DNA of 49,294 nt from Chara braunii (taxonomy: Eukaryota; Plantae; Charophyceae), in assembly GCA_003427395.1 (NCBI GenBank), contig BFEA01000025.1, positions 3,514,224 through 3,563,517 of the forward strand. Direction: 5' to 3'. The notes below the pieces were generated by a model. The model did not search any database, was not told the origin of the DNA, and saw nothing but the letters and a program-made list of their open reading frames with translations. Of the stretch, positions 1-12,101 are shown piece by piece (position 1 is the first letter of the stretch; every line of letters starts with the position of its first letter). The position numbers were made by a program, and so were the translations under genes.

Positions 1-84
1 GGGGGGGGGGGGGGGGGGGGGGGGGGGAGATGGTCGGGGACAGGGTCTGAAGAGGCCGGGTCGAACTGGTTGGTTGTAATCACC

Positions 85-480
85 TTAGGCCTCCTTCGTC
101 CAGCCGGGGTTGCATGTGAGGTTCTTGTCCCCATCTAACGAAGCGATCTTTTGGGCTGGATCAAGCCATGCCTGTTCGAAGGTCTTGGTGTATTCAGCAA
201 TTTTGGCTTGATCAGTAATGGTTGTGAATTTATCTTTGAGGCTTCTCCAGGCCTTTTGAATGTTGATCCTTATTGTTTCAACAATATGTTGTATGGCTTG
301 GATGTAGCCGAAGGTATGTTTTTGTCTCTCTTGGGAGAGATTGTCCAATGGCAAACCAGATTTGGTGATGGTGGGCGGCAGCGTGGAATCACCTTATAGG
401 TAGTGACCTGCCCTGGGAACCGGCTGTACTTTTGTTGGACCAATCCCCGTCCTCCATGGCTGCATGGTCACTCTTCCAAT
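85..480 (-). pseudogene. C-terminal fragment of a second L1/Tx1 ORF2 copy
   Basis: ORF 85..354 (YTKTFEQAWLDPAQKIASLDGDKNLTCNPGW) resembles the C-terminal part of the main ORF2 (LVDNFSKTWLAPNSRLCQLDKDHNLQWQPW, ORF 1137..1769). The 480 boundary is approximate. Confidence 0.65.
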
Positions 481-1136
481 CTAACCTTCTCAAATCCACA
501 AAATTAGAGGTGTTGATGGTAAGAAAAAAAAAATTAAAAAAAATAAAAAAAATGGTAGTATGGCGGGCTCGCTGCTCACACGAGAGACAAGAACATATTG
601 GAGCTCTTTCTGAGAGCCCACAAAATGCTAGCCTTTGAGATTCACTACATCGTTGGGACGCTGGAACTCGTCTCCAGCATCTATTCAGGGTTTTGAGCTC
701 ATACTAATATTGCATTAAACTACCAGCACATGCCCATACAAACTTTTTTTTTTTTTTTTTTTTTTTTTTCCGAAACAACCCAAACAGTCGCTAGGGGTGC
801 TGATAAGACCAGACACCACTAGCGCAGTCGGGAGGGCTCCATCTATTAGTGGGGAGCAGCACCTGCTGGAAATCGGGTCCAGCGTCCCTGTGGGATACAT
901 TGCAACACAAATTGAACTTTGTACCTATTGACTGTCCTAACATCTCTGTATACAGTAGAAATCTTGTATTATGGCTATGTACTGTTGCAATTATCCGTTT
1001 GTGTGTGTGGCATTTAATGTTACAGTTTTTGTGCAGATATAGTTGTTGTGCTTTGCCTATGTACTGTTTCACTTGTCTGTTTGTATGTGCCATGTAAGTT
1101 ACAAATTTGTGCAGATATGGTTGTTGTGTGTTTATG

Positions 1137-4100
1137 TCATCCCTGTGTGTCTGTGTAGGAATGCAGTTTGTGCATAAGATTCATGAGCCCCTTGTCAGGT
1201 TCTCGGGTCATCTCTGCGTGCCTGTGACGACTGTTATTTGAGAGTAGGTACCGGATGTACCCTTGGACTGTCCGCCCAGTCAGTGTTCTTCGGTAATCCT
1301 CCCAGTGGTATACCGTACATTGTCTTGTCCATGACAGCTCAATGGGGAGGGGAGGGGAATGAGACTCAGGGTCCGAGANNNNNNNNNNNNNNNNNNNNNN
1401 NNNNNNNNNNNNNNNNNNNNNNNNNNNNNNNNNNNNNNNNNNNNNNNNNNNNNNNNNNNNNNNNNNNNNNNNNNNNNNNNNNNNNNNNNNNNNNNNNNNN
1501 NNNNNNNNNNNNNNNNNNNNNNNNNNNNNNNNAAGTCCGGGGCTGGGGGGTGGGTCATCGTGTATTAGTATAAAATTTGTGGGCTGATGTTGTATCGTTA
1601 ATTTCTGTTGCGGCAAGAAGTCCCATTGGCTCTCAGTTGTTAGCCATGGTTGCCATTGGAGGTTGTGATCCTTATCCAGCTGACACAGCCTTGAGTTCGG
1701 GGCCAGCCATGTTTTGGAAAAGTTGTCGACTAGCCGTGAACGTTTGGCCTCGTCCTTCTCTTGTTGCAATCGTGTCTGCCGGCCTTTCCAGGCATCGTGT
1801 GTTTGCAGCGTTATTAGATGGCTTATTTCAGCTTTGGCTTGCTAAAACCCGTAGAGGTGTTGGTTTCTTTATGTGAGCATCTCATCCTCCATGCCGCCAT
1901 AAGGAGGGCGAGGCGGGTGTATTGGAACAGATTAAGTGCAAATGGCGACCAATGTTCTCCCTCTGAGGTAGCCCCAAAAAGGAGGGCTTGCAGGTTCCAG
2001 GGTAGGTGGCAGCTTGTTAGGTAGTGTCAGGCTGCATCCCACCACCGCCAGAGTCGGGTCACCATTGGGCAGTCCAAAAGACAATTCTCCGGCGTGGCCC
2101 TTTTTCTGGGGGGAGTGTCTGTGCAGTAAGAGCAGAGCGGGGACAGAAGTCCTCTTTGCTCCAGGTCTGTCCTATTTGTTAGCCAGTCCGGGGTGGGCAG
2201 ACATCTGTGAGCGATCTGCCATTGGAGGGCTCTATGATTAGTCGGTTTGAGGTGGGAGAAGAGCGGTCATTTGAAGAAGCGGAAGTCATGTTTTGTCAAT
2301 GAGGAGTCCCTCTCCCATCTTCTTAGGATGCCTCCCATAACCGGGGCTGAGGTGCGTGCCGCTCTATACCCATCTTTGGCCGTGTATTGCCATGGGGTAA
2401 TTGTTGTTTCCTTCCCAACTCTCCATTCCCATTCCATAGGGTCAAAGGGGAGGTGGGACAACGGAGTGGTGGGTTCGTACGCATAGCAGGTTTCATCTTT
2501 GTCTTCCACTACACGAATTCTGAGGAAGGCAGCCGTTTCTTGATGTTGCCTGTCTAGATCTGGCTGTCGACGCACAGTAGACCACCTCGCCCCTGACAGG
2601 TCCGGGCAGAAGGCTTCGAGGTCCAACGAGCTTTGTGTCGTCTGATGTACCCTGTAAATAGTCATAGGGAGGACCAGGGAATCCGTGTGAACTACCCCGT
2701 CTCCCTTTTGGATGTCCGGACCCTTCTTTAGCACCCCGACCCAGGCTAGTGGGACCGCATCCTGCAATTCCTACAAATCCTGGGATAGATTGTGGATGGT
2801 ACCAAATTTGACAGCCAGGGCTTCTTCAGAGAGCCATGTGGCACTCACATCATCCCATATGTCTCCCATTGTATAGATGCCCTTCTTTAACCATTTTCTC
2901 CATTTGGAGGTGCGGCGTAGGGAGAAGGGGTGGTTGTCGGGGTTCAGAATCTGCTGGTGGCCATAAAGAGGTTGGCGTCAGGCTTCCTGCCACCTCAAGA
3001 AAACTAGTCGTTGCATCGGGCCGTAATCCCTCCAAAATCTTGGCAGATCCGGCCACAGGGGGTCAGTTCGGATGTCCCATTTTGCGTTTCCAGCCAGGGT
3101 AGCGTCCGTGTCCCTCCTAGGAGCGGTTGGAATGGTCCATGCCTAGTTTGTCACCCATCTGAGAGGATGCAGTGGACGTTGCAGACACGAGAGGGGGGCT
3201 AGGCATGCAATCTGTATGTGTGCATAGGGGGCCCATGGGATATCATTCCCCATTAGCAATCTGATCAAGGCTTTGAAAGTGAGGGCTTTAATTTGCATAC
3301 CCGGGACTATGATACCTAACCCCCCTTTGGATCTGGGTTGGATTAAGATATCCCAGGCTAGCCTCTTGATGCAAAGGATGTCTTCATGATCATTTTTCCA
3401 TAGATATGCCGCCGCAGCCTGCTTCAACTTTTGTAGCTGCTTTTGGGCGAGTGGCCAAAACGCGGCTTTGTACCATATGGAGGCGAATATTGTGTTGTTA
3501 AGAGCTAGGACCCTTCCCACCACTGAGGTAGCCTTGCCATCCCAGCGTGCCATCCTTTGGATGACTAAGTTCACTAACATGTCCCCGTGGTCAGAGGGTG
3601 GGCCCAGGGCTGTGAGATTCATTCCCAGTACTCTGATTGCTGTCTCCCTACCCCTCCATGCCACCAATGGCGCCGATGGGGGGTCATCAGTAAGTGGGTG
3701 AAGCCACCATCCTTCCGTCTTTGTACCCCAGTTCACCTTCATATCTGGGGCAACTTCAAACAGGTGTATGGTGTGGGTCAGGGCTCTAAAGCTATCTGCA
3801 TCCGCCCGGAAGAGGACCGTGAGATCGTCCGCAAAAAGTGAGGTGGTGGGGATGAGGTGCTCCGGAATTTCCGGCACCCTGATTTTTTGGATCTGATGAT
3901 TGACCCTGATCATTGCTGCCAGGGCCTCCATTACTAGAACGAACAGCATTGGGGCTATAGGGTTTCCTTGTCTCACCGACCGTTGCAGGCGAAATGGGGG
4001 AGCTAGATGACCATTGAGCATGATGTTGGTCGACGCTGTCCGATGTAGTATAGAGATCCATTTGTGAAAGAGAGGGTCAAATCGCATTTTAGTTAAGCAC

Positions 4101-6274
4101 ATCTCCAGGAAGTCCCAGTCTACGTGTTCGTAGGCTTTCTCAAAGTCGATAAAGAGAATAGCAGCTTCAGTCTTCCTCTGGCGTGCATATCGAATGGTCT
4201 CATTCACTAAGAGAATGTTATCTTGAATATTTTTATGGGGCATAAAGCCCGACTGATCCAGGTGAATGAGGTGCGGTAGCAGGGGTAGAAGCCTGTTGGC
4301 CCATGCTTTCGCTACAATCTTGTATGGGACCGGGAGCAACGTTATCGGGCGGTAGTTGCAAATCTCCTCCCGGTCCCCTTTTTTGTGTAAGAGTGTAGTC
4401 ACACCCTGCCCTATCATATCCCCAAATGTCTCCTCGTGAAAGGCCGCCGTGACATACGATGTGAAGTCCCCAGCGAATACCTCCCAGAAGTGTAACCAAA
4501 ATTCCTTAGGGGACGAATCCAGTCCGGGCGTTTTGTCGTCATCCATCTCTCGCAGCGCCTTGAGGAGCTCTGCTTGAGTTAGGGGGGTGTCCAATGCCTG
4601 GCTTTGGCTGGTGGCCAGCAACGCCGAGAGAGCATCAAGGAGGGTCTTTCTGGAGTCCTCCAACAATTGTTGTTGGCGGCTCCCAGTCTCGGAGGTGAAA
4701 AGATGCCTATAGTATGTAGAGGTGTAGTCAACGATTTTGTAGGCATTTTTCGCAACGGGTTGGGAGTCGTCAAACGGGTGTTTGAGGGCAGGGACTGTGT
4801 TGTGTCTACTTTTGGCCCTCGCTTTGTTGAAGAACGTTTTGGTCATGAGGCCATTTGTTGCGTTCTTGCTGATTTTTGCTTGTATGCACCATTTCTCGTT
4901 TTGACTGTTTATGTGGTCTTGCAGTTGGCTTCTCGCCCTCTGCAGGGCATCGAACGTGGGTAGATATGTGGGGTCGTCCATGAGACGTTTATCCCAATCT
5001 TCCATCTGCAGGATCAGACTGTCAAGTATCAGCTCTCGCTGGCGCGCTATTTGGATTGAGAGTTTTTTAACTCTCTCCCTTAGTTGCGCAATACCCTCAT
5101 TGAACCATTTGACTATCGATCCCTCCGTCGGCCTTTGAGCTGACCAGTATCCCCAGAAATCCTTCACGTGTTTGTTCAAGGTCGATAGCTGAAGGAGAGA
5201 TGTATTGAATTTGAAGTACCCAGGACCCCTGATCACATGTGTATGAAAGGAGAGGCCCATTGATATCATGCGGTGGTCGAAGGATCTGCAAGGGTAGAAA
5301 GGAAGGATGTCCGCCATCGTGAGAAGGCCCGTGAGATCGTCTGAGAGGAGGCCCATGTCTATCCTTGAATTGGACAGACCCACTTCCCCTCTCGATCTCA
5401 CACATGTGTAGGCCTTTGTAGTGGGGTGGAGGTGTCGATACGAGTCGGATAGACCCAGCTCTGTCATCATGTGAGCAAGAGCCACACTGTCGGGTCTTCT
5501 CTCCATGCTCCTATTTTGAGCGGCTGGCGAAGACGACGCCGATCTTCTATCCAAAGTGGGATCCAAAGCTGTATTAAAATCACCTATCATGATGACGGGG
5601 GCGTCTTTCGGGAGGGTTTGAATTAGTTTATTAAAAAAATTCCCTCTCTGCGTCGGATCGTTGGGGGCGTAAATGCAGACCAAGCAGATCTCATCTTCCC
5701 CAACTTTTGCCCTTAGCCAGACCCATCGCCCTTCTATCTCGTCCCATTGTGCATGCAGTGGTGTAAGTCTCGTGGTGGGGGGCAACCAAATGGCTACCCC
5801 TGTCGATGCCCCCCATCTAGCGGGTGCCATGAATGAGGTATGGGGCCAAATCTATCGGGCCCTGGCTTGGTGAGGGTGGGAGTTAGTGAGATGCGTTTCT
5901 TGAACTCCCACTGCATCAGGCCATTTACCCCCCATGTCGCGGGTTATAAGTCTCCATAATGTGTCCATCTTCTGATCATTCGGTTGGGCTAATCCATTGA
6001 CATTGATGGACCTAATGTCCAGATCAGCTTCCAGCAGCTTCTTAGCCCAGAGCGGCTGGCGACGGAGGGGCGGGGGAGGGCGAGGCGGACTCGGGCAAGG
6101 TGGACTGTTGTGTGGTGGTGGCTGCCTTTGCCCGTCATTGTCCCCTCGGGCGTGATTCTGATCCCCTTGCTGTCGTCGTGGTGCCAGGTGGAGAAGTGGA
6201 GCCTGGGACTGTGGCTGGTTTTGTGATAAATGCGTATGAGGATGCATCATGTTGTTATTGTGAGATCCTGACAT
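1137..6274 (-). pseudogene. LINE ORF2: AP endonuclease + reverse transcriptase + zf-RVT-like domain, with in-frame stops and a late frameshift
   Basis: APE motifs SINVNGL, VQETH, IYAPN, GDFN, SRID, DH. RT motifs NYRPITLL, DQSGF, DFEKAYE, QGNPIAP, FADD. A LCSYC...LLDCP motif lies near 2070-2135. ORFs 5852..6274, 3143..5830 and 2267..2767 share one frame, separated by stops. Confidence 0.93.
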
Positions 6275-6291
6275 GTGTGTGGTAGAGTGAT

Positions 6292-7431
6292 TTAGTCGGT
6301 TGTCGGAGCCCCATTGGTGAGGCTGTTAATGAACGGGGGGCCATCCCACGTTCTGCAGGCATCCAAGGCATCTTCCTCGAGCATTCTCCGCAGGAACAGC
6401 TCTTGTTCCTCCGCCCCCCATGTGTTGTTTGTACGCATTCTTGCTATGGGGGCGTCGAGTAGGTCCTGCTGCGAAAACCATGTTATCTGGTTTTCTTGGA
6501 TGTGCGGCTGGTCTGTTCCGAACAGGACCAGAATCGGGGTAGCTCCTGCAGGAAAGGGAAGGTCCCGCGGGAAGACCGTTCCCACCGCCCCCTTGTCCCC
6601 TTGCTGGATTATATGGTTACGCAACATATGTCTTGTAAGGACTTGCGGGGTGGTGCCCCGCCATCCAAGTATCGTCAGCCCCGGGGGGGAGTCTGATGAT
6701 CCTTTGAGGGCTCGGGTAGCCAACTTGGGGACTCGGGGGGTGCTGTGTCTCAGGCCTACCAGCCACTCTCCGCCCTGCTGTCGCCTCCTTATGGGGAGGA
6801 TGACCACCCCATCTTTGAGACTCCCCATGGGTGAGCCGTCGGCTGTCGTCCGCAAGCAATCTCTGAAGAATGTACGCTTCGCCATTGGGCGAGGTTGGTC
6901 CTCCAGCATGGGCAGGGGGCTAACTGGGTCAGCGTCCATTGAGCGGTCCAGAGGCACAGCCTGGCTGGCTGCAATCTGGGACGGCCCTGTGTTTTGTGTT
7001 GCTAAGGGAAGGTCCCAATCAAAAGTTGCATCTGATCGGCTTGTGTCGTGAGAGCAATCTGAGCCGCCCGAATCCGAGGCTGAGCTGGAGTGACTGTCCC
7101 ATTTCTCCCCCGTTCTTTTTTCAATCAGCGCTCCAGCACCCTGTGTTTTTTGGGTGGAAAGAGGCTGGATGTACAGCAAGGGGTTGAGCAGGTGCTGTGG
7201 CACCATTTCTACTGTCCCTTTCCCTGACAGCATGACAGCTTTGCTGAGATCTACTTCCCCGACTGTGCTGTCCAGCTCTTTTACTATTATTTCAGGCCAC
7301 TCTAGCCCTTCGAATGATAGCGCTGCAGCTGCTGAGAGCGCCATGTCCCGGTTTTCCTTTGCGGCTCTGACCCGAGCGGCAGAACAGAAATCCGCTCGCC
7401 CTGAAAAGTTCAGAGGCTGGACCAAAAACAA
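6292..7431 (-). CDS. LINE ORF1, C-terminal portion (N-terminal part interrupted by insertions)
   Basis: 379-aa ORF that ends 18 nt before the ATG of the ORF2 frame, the canonical ORF1 position. Confidence 0.65.
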   Translation of the reverse strand: MFLVQPLNFSGRADFCSAARVRAAKENRDMALSAAAALSFEGLEWPEIIVKELDSTVGEVDLSKAVMLSGKGTVEMVPQHLLNPLLYIQPLSTQKTQGAGALIEKRTGEKWDSHSSSASDSGGSDCSHDTSRSDATFDWDLPLATQNTGPSQIAASQAVPLDRSMDADPVSPLPMLEDQPRPMAKRTFFRDCLRTTADGSPMGSLKDGVVILPIRRRQQGGEWLVGLRHSTPRVPKLATRALKGSSDSPPGLTILGWRGTTPQVLTRHMLRNHIIQQGDKGAVGTVFPRDLPFPAGATPILVLFGTDQPHIQENQITWFSQQDLLDAPIARMRTNNTWGAEEQELFLRRMLEEDALDACRTWDGPPFINSLTNGAPTTD

Positions 7432-7615
7432 AAAGGCTGGTGGTACCAGCCAAAAGAGAAGAAAAAAGGCCGCATTGGCATTTTGGCAAAATTTGACATG
7501 GCAAAAAGAAGCTTGAAATACGAGAGCGGAGGGTCAAAACTGAATCCACCTACTATCCAAAACTCACCCCCCTCAACAGACGGAAAGCAAAAGAAGGCTC
7601 AGATGTACTGGTGGT

Positions 7616-7825
7616 TTAAACCCCCAGTATGTTTCCCAGCCGTTTCTCTACAACGCGGCTGCATGCACAACACGTCTGGTGGGATGAACCGGCCTCAGTT
7701 CCGGAAAGAATACATCCAGGCAATTTGCGCCGCGTGCACAGCCCCCGGACGTCACATCCCGCCAGACGCGGTGTGCATGCAGTCATGTCGTAGGAAAATG
7801 GCTGGGAAACGTACTGGTGGCTTAA
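7616..7825. repeat. ~70-bp inverted repeat / fold-back (MITE-like)
   Basis: 7616-7686 (ttaaacccccagtatgtttcccagcc...gtctggtgggatg) is the near reverse complement of 7754-7825. Confidence 0.85.
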
Positions 7826-8137
7826 TGAGATGCTGCACCCAGTTTCCGCCATGTGCTGCTCCCCACAAGTTGAACGGAGCCATCCACAAGCCAAGGCCCT
7901 CATTTTGTGGATTCAATCACCATCCTCAGAATTAAACCAAGGCGGGCAGAGGTATAGGGGGGCCTGCGGACACCTGGAAGTAGTCTGAGACTAGCGGGCA
8001 AGAGGGAAATTCAGCGGAAGAACGAACAGTAATTTCCAGGTGAGGGCTGGGCCAGATGATAAGGAGGAGCCCTAGAAGGGGAAGGGGATATCAGCAGCTC
8101 GATGGGATCAAGGGTGCTCCAGAGTTGATGTATCCAA

Positions 8138-8299
8138 GGGACGCTGGACCCGCTTTCCAGCAGGTGCTGCTCCCAACCAATAGATGGAGCAGCCCACCAG
8201 CCAAGGCCTCAATTCTGGTGGTTCTCTGACCACCGCCGGGATAGAGGCCTTGCAAGAGGGCTTTGTTCAAAAAAAGAAAGAAAGAAAGAAAAAAATAAA
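8138..8299 (+). mobile_element. Short retroposed copy of the LINE 3' motif with A-rich tail
   Basis: GGGACGCTGGACCCGCTTTCCAGCAGGTGCTGCTCCCAACCAATAGATGGAGC, then a hairpin, GTTC and an A-rich tail 8268-8299. Matches the LINE 3' UTR at 835-889(-). Confidence 0.8.
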
Positions 8300-8980
8300 C
8301 GCCAGTACACAGCCCTAGCCTTGCAGCAATGAACTCTGTCACCCATCCAAGAATTTTGGAGCTCCGGACTACCGAACCACAAGGGATGGCGGCACCAGTC
8401 AAAAAGGAGAAAAAGTGCACCGCTGGCGGTTCGGTAAAGCTTGGCATGCAGTGGAGCATGTCCAGGCCCCGGTGTAACCACTAGTACATTCAGCTATCGG
8501 CCGCGAGCCTTTTTCGGAGGCCGCCCGCCGCCAAGTCAATTTATCTACGGCGCTGGGCCTCCAAATTTTTCGTAGGTGACGAGTTTTCTTTTCAGCAAGG
8601 CTGGGGCCGTGTACTGGCGGTTTATGGCTTCAGAGGAGAGTAGGGGATGGCAGATCAGACTAGCGGGACGTGCTCTATGACTGGAGCCCATAGATTCCCT
8701 CGAGGCCACGAGTTTGTGTCGGTCTTGGTGTCCCCTGGTGTGGAAAACAAAGGGACGCTGAGCCAGGTTCCAAGCACATGATGGTCCCCACCACCAAGTT
8801 TGGAGCGATCAATTATTAGGTGGTGCTTTTGTCAGGCCTGGGTTCTTGTCCCTTGCCTGAAGAAGGGTTGCCCGCCTGGTGATTTGATTTAGCCAAACCA
8901 AAAACACATATAGGCAGGTCTGTTATGGCTCGAGTGAGTGATTGGCTGTGAGGACATGGGTGATGTGCCCTTTCCCCACA

Positions 8981-9038
8981 AGGCAGCAATCATGTTTAGG
9001 CAGCAATCATGTTTAGGCAGCAATCATGCTTAGGCAGC
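8981..9038. repeat. 17-bp tandem repeat (aggcagcaatcatgttt) x~3.5
   Basis: Directly visible. Confidence 0.9.
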
Positions 9039-9780
9039 ACATTAGCAGCAAAGAGCCAATGACTCTCGATTACCTGTGTATATGTCTGAAGACTGCTGCC
9101 CGTTTTTCTCTCTTGTTTCTTTTTCCCTTTTCTAAGGTCAACAGTAAGGGATAATCCAGCCTCTTAAAAAAAAAAAAAAAACTGTAAGGGACGCNNNNNN
9201 NNNNNNNNNNNNNNNNNNNNNNNNNNNNNNNNNNNNNNNNNNNNNNNNNNNNNNNNNNNNNNNNNNNNNNNNNNNNNNNNNNNNNNNNNNNNNNNNNNNN
9301 NNNNNNNNNNNNNNNNNNNNNNNNNNNNNNNNNNNNNNNNNNNNNNNNNNNNNNNNNNNNNNNNNNNNNNNNNNNNNNNNNNNNNNNNNNNNNNNNNNNN
9401 NNNNNNNNNNNNNNNNNNNNNNNNNNNNNNNNNNNNNNNNNNNNNNNNNNNNNNNNNNNNNNNNNNNNNNNNNNNNNNNNNNNNNNNNNNNNNNNNNNNN
9501 NNNNNNNNNNNNNNNNNNNNNNNNNNNNNNNNNNNNNNNNNNNNNNNNNNNNNNNNNNNNNNNNNNNNNNNNNNNNNNNNNNNNNNNNNNNNNNNNNNNN
9601 NNNNNNNNNNNNNNNNNNNNNNNNNNNNNNNNNNNNNNNNNNNNNNNNNNNNNNNNNNNNNNNNNNNNNNNNNNNNNNNNNNNNNNNNNNNNNNNNNNNN
9701 NNNNNNNNNNNNNNNNNNNNNNNNNNNNNNNNNNNNNNNNNNNNNNNNNNNNNNNNNNNNNNNNNNNNNNNNNNNNNNNN

Positions 9781-9855
<75 letters not shown>
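9781..9855. repeat. (CT)n microsatellite at a gap edge
   Basis: Directly visible. Confidence 0.95.
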
Positions 9856-9857
<2 letters not shown>

Positions 9858-10008
9858 CCTGATAGTTATTATTTGGTGGGTACACCAAATGGCACACCTG
9901 TCATGTTGTCTAAGCTTTTCCTGAATCTCCTTTTTTCCTTTTTTTTTTGTTTTTTAAATATCTATTTTGGAAGCTTACCCTTTCTTTCACCCCAAGTTCA
10001 TACCCTAA

Positions 10009-10195
10009 GGGACGCTGGACCTTTTTCCAGCAGTCGTGACTTTTGCAGATGTACACATGGGACACTCGACCCGTTTTTCAGCAGGTGAAGCTCCCCACCA
10101 ATAGACTGGAGCGCCTGGCCGACGGGTACTAGGGGGGGATGCTCTTATCACCCTGTCTAGTACCCTGAGCGGGAGGTTCAAAACAATAAAAAAAA
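10009..10195 (+). mobile_element. Short retroposed copy of the LINE 3' motif (partial head at 10009, full copy from 10059) with A tail
   Basis: GGGACACTCGACCCGTTTTTCAGCAGGTGAAGCTCCCCACCAATAGACTGGAGC, hairpin GGGTACTAG..CTAGTACCC, then GTTCAAAACAATAAAAAAAA. Confidence 0.75.
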
Positions 10196-10215
10196 CTCCA
10201 ATTCCCAGTAACGGG

Positions 10216-10295
10216 CTTTCGGCCTTTCGGCTAAGATCAAGTGTAATATCTGTTCTGATCAGTTTAATATCTGATCCGCGGTCCATCAGACCACA

Positions 10296-10337
<42 letters not shown>
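10216..10337 (+). pseudogene. U2: U2 snRNA 5' fragment retropseudogene with poly(A)
   Basis: TCGGCCTTTCGGCTAAGATCAAGTGTAATATCTGTTCTGATCAGTTTAATATCTGAT matches the U2 5' end through stem IIb. No Sm site follows; an A-run occupies 10300-10337. Confidence 0.92.
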
Positions 10338-10340
<3 letters not shown>

Positions 10341-11524
10341 TCTGGCAAAGGTTTGCAATGGCCCTATCATAATGTAAAAGAACATGAAGTGAATCAGGTG
10401 GACATTGGGAACCTGGCTCAGCTCATGTCCAGGTGCAATTCGACAGGGCCTCCATGGTCATCACAAAGTTCTCCAGGGTTCTTTATGTCCTTATCCCATA
10501 GGAAATTTACTGCAAACCAGAAAGAAATGGTTCCTAAACAATATATATAAATCTGTATACAGCAAAAGAAAAAGTTCCTGATGTGTAGACGCGAGAATGC
10601 TGACATGCAAGTGAGCTGGACTCTGATGTGGAATCCACAGAAAATGAGTAAGTCCTCCACTAGATGTGATGAAGGCGCTCCAATGTCATGCCACTATTGG
10701 ATGAAGGAGGGATCCATATGAAATTGATCTTCACAATAGACCAGTTGCAGTAAGCCATGAGAAAGAGGGTTGTGGCTGTCCCTAACTTGTTATCCAGACT
10801 AATCATCCCTTTTTTTTTTCAACTACCAATACCTCCCGAAGTCGCGGTCTGGATGCAGTCAGCCATTGCTACACTGCTGCAACGTTTCCACTTGAATGAA
10901 TTTTTGCCAGCACCCTAGCAGGCCCGATCATCCCATCATGTTGCAACACGCATGCCACCGCGACTTTTGGAAGTACTGGTGGTTCAAGAAGCGTATGAGA
11001 AAATCGCGGAACTCATCCAGTCTTTTTTTTCCCCTTCTTTTTTTGAGGGTCCTGCCCCTTATTTGACCCCCACCCACCCTTTCTCTTGTCAATTCTTCCT
11101 GGTGCTCCCCCATTCGCCCAGTACGACCTCAGTGTCTACCACCCAGGACCATCACCTTTCTACGATCTTGGTGGAGTGACCTGACTGGATAGCGGTGGCA
11201 GGCATCAGGGCTGAGCAGGAACCCTGCCCAGCCTGGTTGAAGCATGCTCGAACGAGCCCTGTCATGCAGGTACTTCGGGTGCTAGGCATAAGTGTTCTTT
11301 GTACAGGCCCCGTGGGACCATGGGTAGACCCTTAGTGCCCCCCAAAACTTACCCGGGCCCCCCAGACTACAGATCTAAGTCATGTATACCCTAGCTATCA
11401 CGGGCAGTGTTTAATTATAGGGAACCCTGGCCAAGATCTCACCTGTGACACCTGCTGAGCAACCCAGCTATACCCACCTAGCACAGCTGTTACTGTTCGT
11501 TCTGGTTATGTTATTAATATGACC

Positions 11525-11830
11525 CAGATGTTCTAGCCTATCATCAGTGGATGTACAGCCACCATCCGCCCCCTACCTTAGTCGTCTAGTAGACCCCTCT
11601 CCAGCCGCGTTCTGGTTATGTTGAGGTCCTATCCTCTGTGGGTGTATGGCCACCATCCCCTCCCCTACCTTAACCATTTAGTAGACCCCTGTGCAGTCAG
11701 TTCTGGTTGTAGTGCTGTTGTTGTGGTTGTTATTTGTTTTTTTATCATCTGGATGTACTCTAGCCTCTGTCATCAGCAGGTAAATGGCCACCGTCCATCC
11801 CCGTACCGCGGTCATCAACTAGACTCCTCC
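11525..11830. repeat. Degenerate ~100-bp tandem repeats
   Basis: Recurring tctagcct..catcag..ccaccatcc..cctacctta..tagtagacccct units. Confidence 0.7.
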
Positions 11831-12101
11831 AGTCATCAAGTTATATCTTTCATCGCCACAAGCAGCTCCTGCTCTTGGTCATCAGTAGTTACACATCCAG
11901 CATCCGCTCCCATATCTCTGTCATCAGCTGGGCCAACTTCTGCGGCCCTGTCCCCCCAAAGCAAGGTTCATTTTTTTGGGGGGGGAAACTACGCGGGAAT
12001 CACAAAAATGAGTCATAATTGCACTACGGCCAAGATACAGTTTCAAAGTGCAGTTTGGGCAACGCATACAACCCAGCTTTCTGGCCAGGTAGGGTGCCCG
12101 A

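Larger units (their letters stand above)
744..7431 (-). mobile_element. L1/Tx1-clade non-LTR retrotransposon (LINE), decayed
   Basis: ORF1 C-terminal part, then ORF2 with APE, RT and Cys-rich domains, a 3' UTR with a structured motif (835-889), and poly(A) (T-run 744-769). Confidence 0.92.

Noticed and set aside
791-889. Hammerhead or HDV-like ribozyme in the LINE tail motif
   Set aside because: CTGATAAG/CTGATAGG is not CUGANGA in a three-way junction, and I could not build the HDV P1.1 and J4/2 elements.
6314-7051. 245-aa plus-strand ORF
   Set aside because: Antisense shadow of the GC-rich ORF1, with no recognisable motifs.
9070-9897. 275-aa ORF
   Set aside because: Artefact of the N-gap and the (CT)n repeat.
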